From assembly GCA_951406725.2 (NCBI GenBank), contig OX597820.1:27218001-27282000 (forward strand): 64,000 bases of DNA, written 5' to 3'. Both the position numbers and the translations under genes were made by a program. Within the stretch, counting starts at the first letter, position 1. Each line of letters starts with the position of its first letter. Origin of the DNA: Octopus vulgaris. Lineage: Eukaryota. A model generated the notes under the pieces. It was not told the DNA's origin, did not search any database, and worked only from the letters and a program-made list of their open reading frames with translations. Below, piece by piece: positions 56,269 through 64,000 of the stretch.

Positions 56269-56639
56269 GCGTGTGTTATTAGCAATGGAAACATTATTAC
56301 TTCAAGATATTAATAATTCGGTATATCATGCATAAAGCAGAGATACAGTTGAAAGCCTGGAAACTGCGGTATTCGTCTTGACAAAACATCTCGTATTGAG
56401 GTATAGTGTTAAAAACACAGAAATATATCAGTAAGAGGCAAGATGTGTCTAGAGTGTTGGGGAGTTTACAGTATATCAGTGTTAAGTATGGTTATACAGA
56501 ATGATATATGTGCGCGCGTGTGTGTGTCTATGTGAGAGTGTGTGCGTTTTATATTAAGGTTATTGTTTTAAACTAAGTTTAAGACTAACAACTAAACGTT
56601 TATAGAGAGTAGTCTTAATATAGAGTGTCTGTTATTTTT

Positions 56640-57102
56640 TATTTGTTCCAATCATAATACTGCGGCCATGCTGGACAACTGCCTCGGAAAACTTTTAGCC
56701 GAAGGAATCGACCGTATTGCCAATTTTTCGTTAAATCTGGTCCCCATTCTGTTGGGGGTCATTTGCCGAACCGCTAATTTAAGGTACGTAAACACACCAA
56801 TCGGTACTGAAGGACTGACACAGACACATAGGCATACGCACGCACACACAGACATATATATATATATATATGTACATATATATGTTTGTACGTGTGTGTG
56901 TGTATGTGGGTGCGTGTGTGTAAACAGATATAGATATATGACAGGCTTCTTTCAATTTCCGTCTACCAAATGCACGCACAGACTTTGGTCGACCCGAGGC
57001 TATAGTAGAAGACACTTGCCCAAAGTTCCACGTAGTCGGACTGAACCCAGAACTATGTTGTTGGGAAGCAAGCCTCTTACCAAACCGTCCCGATTGTGCC
57101 TA
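56640..57102 (-). mobile_element. Older SINE A
   Basis: Family match, diverged. Confidence 0.75.
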
Positions 57103-57316
57103 TATTAAATTTCTTTTATATAAAAAAATTCGTGTGTATGGGACTTAAAGACGACGGCTTGTTGAACGAGAGAAGAACTATGCCTTCTGGTAGTGAATTC
57201 TAGCTAATGAAGATTGTGATCACTCTCTCCATATAACATTGAAATTAAGCTTTGTTAAACTATTGAATAAGTCCTAGTCAACATGAATTTTATTTTATAC
57301 ACCCGCGCACACACAC

Positions 57317-57359
<43 letters not shown>

Positions 57360-57389
57360 CACACATATGTTTGTGTATGCATTTGTGCG

Positions 57390-57421
<32 letters not shown>

Positions 57422-59437
57422 AAAATACATATATGTCTGCATATCTATCTATATATATATATATATATATATGCATACATACACACACACATAATATTTA
57501 TAATTTACTAACCCCTACAGAACGCAGTGTAAAGGGAATAAAAGAAATTGTAAATACACAGAGAATGTAAAAGAAAATTTATATTAATATTAATACACAT
57601 AACCGGTTTCACATTTCTGTGATTTTCAAGAATGTATGACTTGAGGGACATGGTGTAGTCGAGAAAAAATAGACATAGACTGAGAGCATGGGAAAGGGAA
57701 AGGAAAAGGAACAGCTGCATTTTATTTGGAAAGAAGTTTGCTGAGATTTGAATAAGGAAAGAAACAAAATAAGAAAGAAAACAGAAAAATATGTTAAATA
57801 TGTTAAAGAGAGAGAAACAAAAGGAAAAAAGAAAAGAGAATCGAAAGAAAAAAGAGAGGAAAAATAATCAGTGGAAATATTATAAAGATGGATGATAAAT
57901 AAAGAAAACTGAAAGATTCTGGGAACGACATTTGTCTTTGACATAAAGAGCGAGAGAAATAAAGAGTTTAAAGGAAATAAACAAAGAACGAAAGAAGAAT
58001 GAAAATGAGAAGAAATAAAGTCGGAAAGGAGCAAAACGAGGAAGAAATAGGAAAAATGAGAGACAAGGAAAGAAGAGACAATAGATAAACAGAGTATGGA
58101 AAACGATAGACAAAAATAAACTTGGGGAAGAAAAATGTCTGGCAAAGAAACAATAAGAGACGTGAAAAAAGGGGTAAACTGAAAGAGGAAGGAGAAAAGA
58201 AAAGATTAGTGAATTGCGGGAAAGAAAGAGTAAAAGATAGCAAGTTTAGTTCTATAAAGAACTTTATTTCTTCTGTTAGTTTATGTATGGTCTATATTCA
58301 GACAAGTTATCTCCCCTGAGTGTCCTTTTACGATTTTTGTCACTTCTACTGGGAATTTTTGTTTACTAATTGCGTGAATAATCTCAACTAATCAGAGAGA
58401 CACTACTGAACTTTTATTGCTATTTCTTTCGTTGATGTTTTTTTGTCTCCATGTTTTTCTTAATGCTTCTATAATTCTGCAGAATGTTTACAAAGACCCC
58501 CCCCCCCAAAAAAAAAAGCAAAAAAGGGAATGCTTGACATATACGAAGAACATATTTGAAAGACTGGAAAAATTGTAACATAGAAAGACGGGCAAATATT
58601 GTGTGAAAAAATTGTAGTCTATTAGATTGACTTTTGTAGTTTATTGTATATATTTTATTTAACCCAAGAAAGACAAAATCAAGCTTGGCAGGAATTGAAA
58701 AGAAAATTTAAAGAAACGATATTAAATGCTACGAGTCTGTTTGTCCTGGAATTTTAACGATCTTGTCAATTTTTTTGTCCTAGCGTCTATCCTGCGTTTA
58801 TTTTTGAGTCCGTTTAATTTCATTGATACGGCAAGAATATTTTTCCAGCCAACTTATGATTCTGTCATATACAGAAGACTCATTCACTATTATCCGAGTT
58901 CTGAAAGATCTCCTTCCCACAATGTAAATGCTTGTTATATGAGGCGAAATTCCATCCCTTAACATAAAGAGCCAAAACGGACACCTGCACATACAAAAAA
59001 CCTGCTCCATGTTGTAATAATTCTGCCAATCCACCTCACTAGACTAGTACTTCATTTATTGTTCCCGATGGTTAAATAAAAATAAAAATGAAAGTTGCCC
59101 GGGGTGGTATTTGAGCTCATGACGAATAGATCCGGATCAAATAGTTAAACATTCCTTAAACAACGTTTCTAATGACTCTGCTAAGAGATCATCTCTACAT
59201 ATGCTTAGACATCAGGAAATCAGGATTTCTAATATATGTACAACGCGTCACAATTTTGGTAGAAGGAATGGTATCGCTTAAAATCCGCCATTGGAACCCT
59301 AGTTAATAACAGCTATTCAGTCCATAGTCCCCAGAGGAATGGAGGCCGAACAGAACCATATCAGGATCTAAAGTCACCTGAAGAATGAAGGCCGAACAGA
59401 ACCTTATCAAGATCTAAAGCCAAAATATAAATGGATT

Positions 59438-59858
59438 AAGGCGGCGAGTTGGCAGAATTGTTAGCACGCCGGGCGAAATGCTTTGCGGTATTTTATCTGC
59501 CGCTACGTTCTGAGTTCAAATTCCGCCGAGGTCGACTTTGCCTTTCATCCCTTCGGGGTCGATTAAATAAGTACCAGTTACGCACTGGGGTCGATATAAT
59601 CGACTTAATCCGTTTGTCTGTCCTTGTTTGTCCTCTCTGTATTTAGCCCCTTGTGGGTAGTAAAGAAATAAATAGGTATTTCGTCTGCCGTTACGTTCTG
59701 AGTTCAAATTCCGCCGAGGTCGACTTTGCCTTTCATCTTTTCGGGGTCGATAAATTAAGTACCAGTTATGCACTGGGATTGATGTAATCGACTTAATGCC
59801 ATTGCCTGTCCTTGTTTGTCTCCTCTATGTTTAGCCCCTGTAGGCAATAAAGAAATTA
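59438..59858 (+). mobile_element. SINE B dimer (ii-ii) with 12-bp TSD
   Basis: ATATAAATGGAT at 59425-59436 and 59860-59871; junction at 59674/59675. Confidence 0.9.
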
Positions 59859-60529
59859 GATATAAATGGATCTTACGATCTACATCACGGCATGCCTATT
59901 ATTCGCCATGTACTGATTTGGCTTTCCACCGTCACTTGTAGGGCAAGGTATATTCATTTATACCAATCTCGGGTTTCACTGGTACTTTAATCTTATCGAC
60001 AGGGTTGTATGGAAGACAACATTGGTCTCGAAGAGTGGTTTCCTTGGTATCAGAAATCAAAACATTTAGGGCACTAAATCAGTTTCTCAAGGCCGTATAT
60101 CTGTAGCTTCACCAAATCTTATACACTGAATTAAACAAAGCTACATAGATTGCGGAGTTGCAATTAGCTGAATTAAACAAATCTACATCAATATTGCTGT
60201 ATGAAAGACAACGTTGGTCTACAACGGTGGTCTCCTTGTGATTTGAAATCAATGCATCAAGGAAAAGAAGTCAATTTCTCAAGGCAATATATCCGGTGCT
60301 CTACCAAATTTTATTGACTGAAATAATTATAGACAGCTATATTGACTTGTACTTAATTATATCGGCATAGATGTTTGAAAGATTACGCTAATCTCCGTAG
60401 GATTTAAAATCGGGACATCAAGAGAGCTAAGTAAATTTCTGAAGGCATTATATCCGGCGCTCTACCAAATATGTAAGTAGTATGTATGTATATATGTATG
60501 TATGTGTGTATGTGTGTGTGCATGCATGA

Positions 60530-60576
<47 letters not shown>

Positions 60577-61304
60577 TGTGTGTGTTTGGTGATGCAAACA
60601 GGAAAATAAAACTCGAAACCTGAGTATACGTATTGTTTGTTTAATCAGTAGAAATTATAGAGTAACTAAAAAATCTTGTTTTAAGCTTTGGCACATCAAA
60701 GTTTGATAAATGTCAAAACACGAAATTTTCGAATATGAGTCACTCTGTAAATTCTACAGATAATCAATAAAACATATGCATATATATATGTTTGTATATA
60801 TATTTATAAGTATATTACAAGTGGTTCCATACAGTAGCTATAGAAGTGTGTAGTTCTAGTGTTGCTTGAAGACTCTTCCTGAACTGTCCTTTCCCACACA
60901 CTCTCTCCATGTGTCAGGTTAGATCGCATTATAATATATCATATTATATAAGTGGTTGTGTGTATATTCATACATTATGTGCTTTATGTAGACATTAATA
61001 CATTATAATTTATTGAAGGTAAAAAGACTTCGCAAATTGTGTCGTGAAGATTTCTGAGTTTCAATAAATAACTTGACACTAACTATCCGTATTCATGTAC
61101 TATCTCCACCACTTTGTTTTGCATCCATGTGCTTACATACACACATACATAAGTAAATACACACAGAGACACACATGCATGCACACACTCATGCACGTAC
61201 ATTCCTAATGTGAATTGACTAACAGAAATAAAGATAACTAGTTCGGAAAAAGAGCAGTCAGCAAGAGAAATACATTAATGATGATGAGGATGATGATGAT
61301 GGTG

Positions 61305-61437
61305 ATCCTTTCTACTAAAGGCACAAGGTCTGAAATTTTGGGAAGAGGGGACTAGTCGATTACATTGACCCCCAGTACTCAGCTGGTTCTTAATTTATCG
61401 ACCCCGAAAGGACGAAAGGCAAAGTTGACCTCGGCGA
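61305..61437 (-). mobile_element. SINE B 3' half (tail i)
   Basis: Family match. Confidence 0.78.
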
Positions 61438-61783
61438 CTGTATAAATTCAAACACACACACACACAGACACACACACACAAACACACATGCACACACACA
61501 TGCACACACACACATGCACACACACACACATATGCACACAGACACACATACATCCACATACACACACACACACACATTTATGTATGTACAAATATGATAA
61601 AACAGACGCCAATCAGACTGCTATTTCTCTGCCTCGGCAAAACGTAGTATTTAGTAAACATCAAGAAGTGTACCTTGAACATGCTGAGGAGAGGGGAAAA
61701 TCCAAAGTTTCTGACAGATTTGCCACTCACCACGGCAAGGTTACTGTACTCTTTTTGGCGATTTTACTGTCTGTCTGTCCGTT

Positions 61784-61842
<59 letters not shown>

Positions 61843-62479
61843 CTTCCTCCCTGTCTCGCATACATACATATGTGTGTGTATGTGTGTGATGATAAATGTA
61901 AAGTCTAAATAGTTTTATGCAAATAAAAGACTAAAAACTAACTGAAGGATACTGTTTTATTTTGTCTTTTATTTGCATAAAACTATTTATTACATAAGCC
62001 TGTTTCCATGACGGCAACAATTGTATATATATTTTTTAAACAAAATGTTATGTTTTAAAGCATTTCACTGTAACAGACGAATAAAGATAGGCAGAAACAA
62101 AGAAAATTACTAATATTCATAAAAATATATCAACTTATAAACACAAATAAATTCACATAGTGTCCAGCGCTGTGTATGATCAATTATGTGGGTATCGATC
62201 TTCAAATTTGATTGGTACTCTGTCACGATTACAGGATGTAGGAAGTCAATGTCGAGCATGGCTTAATTTGAGTTCCGGTTTTGAAGCACCATAAATCATT
62301 TTGTCTGATGCTCTAACGATTTTGTCAATCCTCTATATTTTAACTTCTTACATAGGAGCCACAAGGCGAGAAAGTTCACGGGAAGGAAGTGTCCATTCTA
62401 TTTGCTCTGTCCTTAGTATTTTAATCGTATTTTATTTTATTGGGTTGTCCGGAAGGTTTGTGCCGATTTATAGTAGCTT

Positions 62480-62815
62480 GGTTGGCTGGTTGGCATCCTT
62501 TCTGTCTCGGGAGACAATGGAGTTGCGCATAAAGTAGTCTAGTCCGGCTTTTATATTTCATGTCCTGATACATTTCCTGCTGTGGCTGTGTAGTCCTATC
62601 CTGGACAAACACTCCCTCTGGCAGGTACCGCAAATGTAGCGAAGACTGTTCCTGGCTGGTTGTAATGCCATAGTCTCTTGTTGACGTCTCTTCTTTTCTT
62701 TCCATTTCTCCTCTCTCTCTCTGTCACTCCTTTGTATTCCCTCTTTTACGGTACGTCGCCATTCTCCACGGTTGCCGGCAACTGCCACCCATCCGCTAAT
62801 ATTGATGTTGCAGGC
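62480..62815 (-). mobile_element. RTE-clade LINE 3' end with C-terminal zinc finger
   Basis: W..VAGNRGEWRRTVKEG...YICGTCQRECLSRIGLHSHSRKC, stop, short 3'UTR. Confidence 0.78.
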
Positions 62816-62989
62816 CTATAGTAGCTTACCTTTCGACTTATTTTAGAATATGGTTGAGCCCATAAAATAGGATTTGACTATACCTCCATTCAGACCACAG
62901 TTTAAGCTATCTTTTCGTGGAAGAAGGTTTATGTTCCTATAACCTGTGTTAATTATGTAACCCTTTAAAATGGAAGATAACAAAGTTCA

Positions 62990-63297
62990 TTTTCGGCACT
63001 TGATGCTTTGGGTACCAGACAAAAATTGCTACGGCTCGGCTGGGATGTGTTACCCCACCCTCCTCAGCCGAGTTCTTAATGGCAATTGTGAAAGAGGATT
63101 TCTTGTTACGAAGTAGGTCGATGGTCTTCTAGAATACTTTATTGTCCAATCTAAAATCAGATTCCAGCTCAATCCCCAAAGTTCTCGCTTAGCATTGGAA
63201 TTTTAACACTTTCTGTGGCACCTTTTCACTCCTCAGTGTACCTCCTACGCAGAAGGAAAGACTTGTCTCTAGCCTAAGCGTTGTAAGCCTCTAATTT
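62990..63297 (-). pseudogene. RTE (Rex3/Expander-like) linker fragment between APE and RT
   Basis: KLEAYNA*..RRRYTEE*K...FG/LESDFRLDNKVF*KTIDLLR. Confidence 0.55.
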
Positions 63298-63299
63298 AC

Positions 63300-63735
63300 T
63301 CGGATAACATTTTAAACTTCTTTGCTGGAAACTTCATTATGAATACATTCTTCCAGCACAAGGATATCGATATGTATACCTGGTATGGGAATACTTTGGA
63401 ACAAAGGTCACTGACAGATTTTGTTATCGTTTTTGACCTGTTTGATTCTGTGCTGGACAAAGCTATCGACTGATCACCCTGTTGCTGTCTGGAACCTAAG
63501 ACTATCTACAACAGTAAGAACTCACAAACGTGGTAAGTCCATTACGACGTGCAAGAAAAGTTGGGAAGCCCTGGCTGATGATGGGATCAGAAACAAACAT
63601 GCAGACATTATTGTATCCAAATTCACAGACATTTCTAAACAAACTGAGGGGGGCGAAATGAAGTGGAGATGACTTTGTGTAGGCAACTCCTTCTTCGGCT
63701 GCACAATGCTGCGGACAAACGTTCGAAACTAAAAC
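63300..63735 (+). pseudogene. RTE (Rex3/Expander-like) AP-endonuclease C-terminal fragment
   Basis: MNTFFQHKDIDMYTWYGNTLEQRSLTDFVIV..LSTDHPVAV..SWEAL. Confidence 0.75.
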
Positions 63736-63924
63736 TCGTAATGTTTTCATCACACTCATACATATACATGTATAAATATTCGTATGAACTCATAACACAC
63801 ATGCATATATGTCACTTCTCCGTTTATTTCAAGTTTCCTGGCCGATAGAGAAAGAGCCGGTTGTTAAACTAGATCGAAGTCTCCTTCACTGGAATTTCAA
63901 CATCAACAAGGAATGTATGAGGGA

Positions 63925-64000
63925 TCAGTGCATTCCATCAAATGACACTGGGGTAAAATATACGAAACCCAGGATACCCATCATGGCTACACGTCATGAT
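63925..64000 (-). mobile_element. End of another TAA-associated element copy (runs off the window)
   Basis: TGACACTGGGGTAAAATATACGAA is the reverse complement of 9863-9886. Confidence 0.7.

Overview
Eukaryotic, AT-rich window packed with microsatellites and transposable elements. No host gene can be supported, and nearly all ORF-track entries are microsatellite or SINE artefacts. The repeat content looks like an Octopus/cephalopod genome (inference). Contents: (1) four same-strand, 5'-truncated Tx1/L1-clade LINE copies, all ending on TATC repeats, three of them stacked at 1-3219; (2) two abundant tRNA-like SINE families, called A and B here, plus minor ones; (3) R4/Dong-like and CRE-like RLE retrotransposon remnants, RTE remnants, a TAA-associated ~555-bp non-autonomous element, two mariner relics, a mariner-derived MITE, a non-autonomous Helitron, a decayed hAT transposase, Penelope-like remnants with hammerhead-like motifs, and several inverted repeats. 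The main observation is about SINE B. One form carries a 44-nt 3' tail matching the Tx1 LINE 3' end (37/44 ungapped), and that tail is joined 13 times to the same nucleotide inside the head of another SINE B unit. This suggests a Tx1-driven, self-targeting SINE system that builds ~185-bp tandem arrays and swaps tails on older copies. All alignments and translations were done by eye, and boundaries of decayed elements are approximate.
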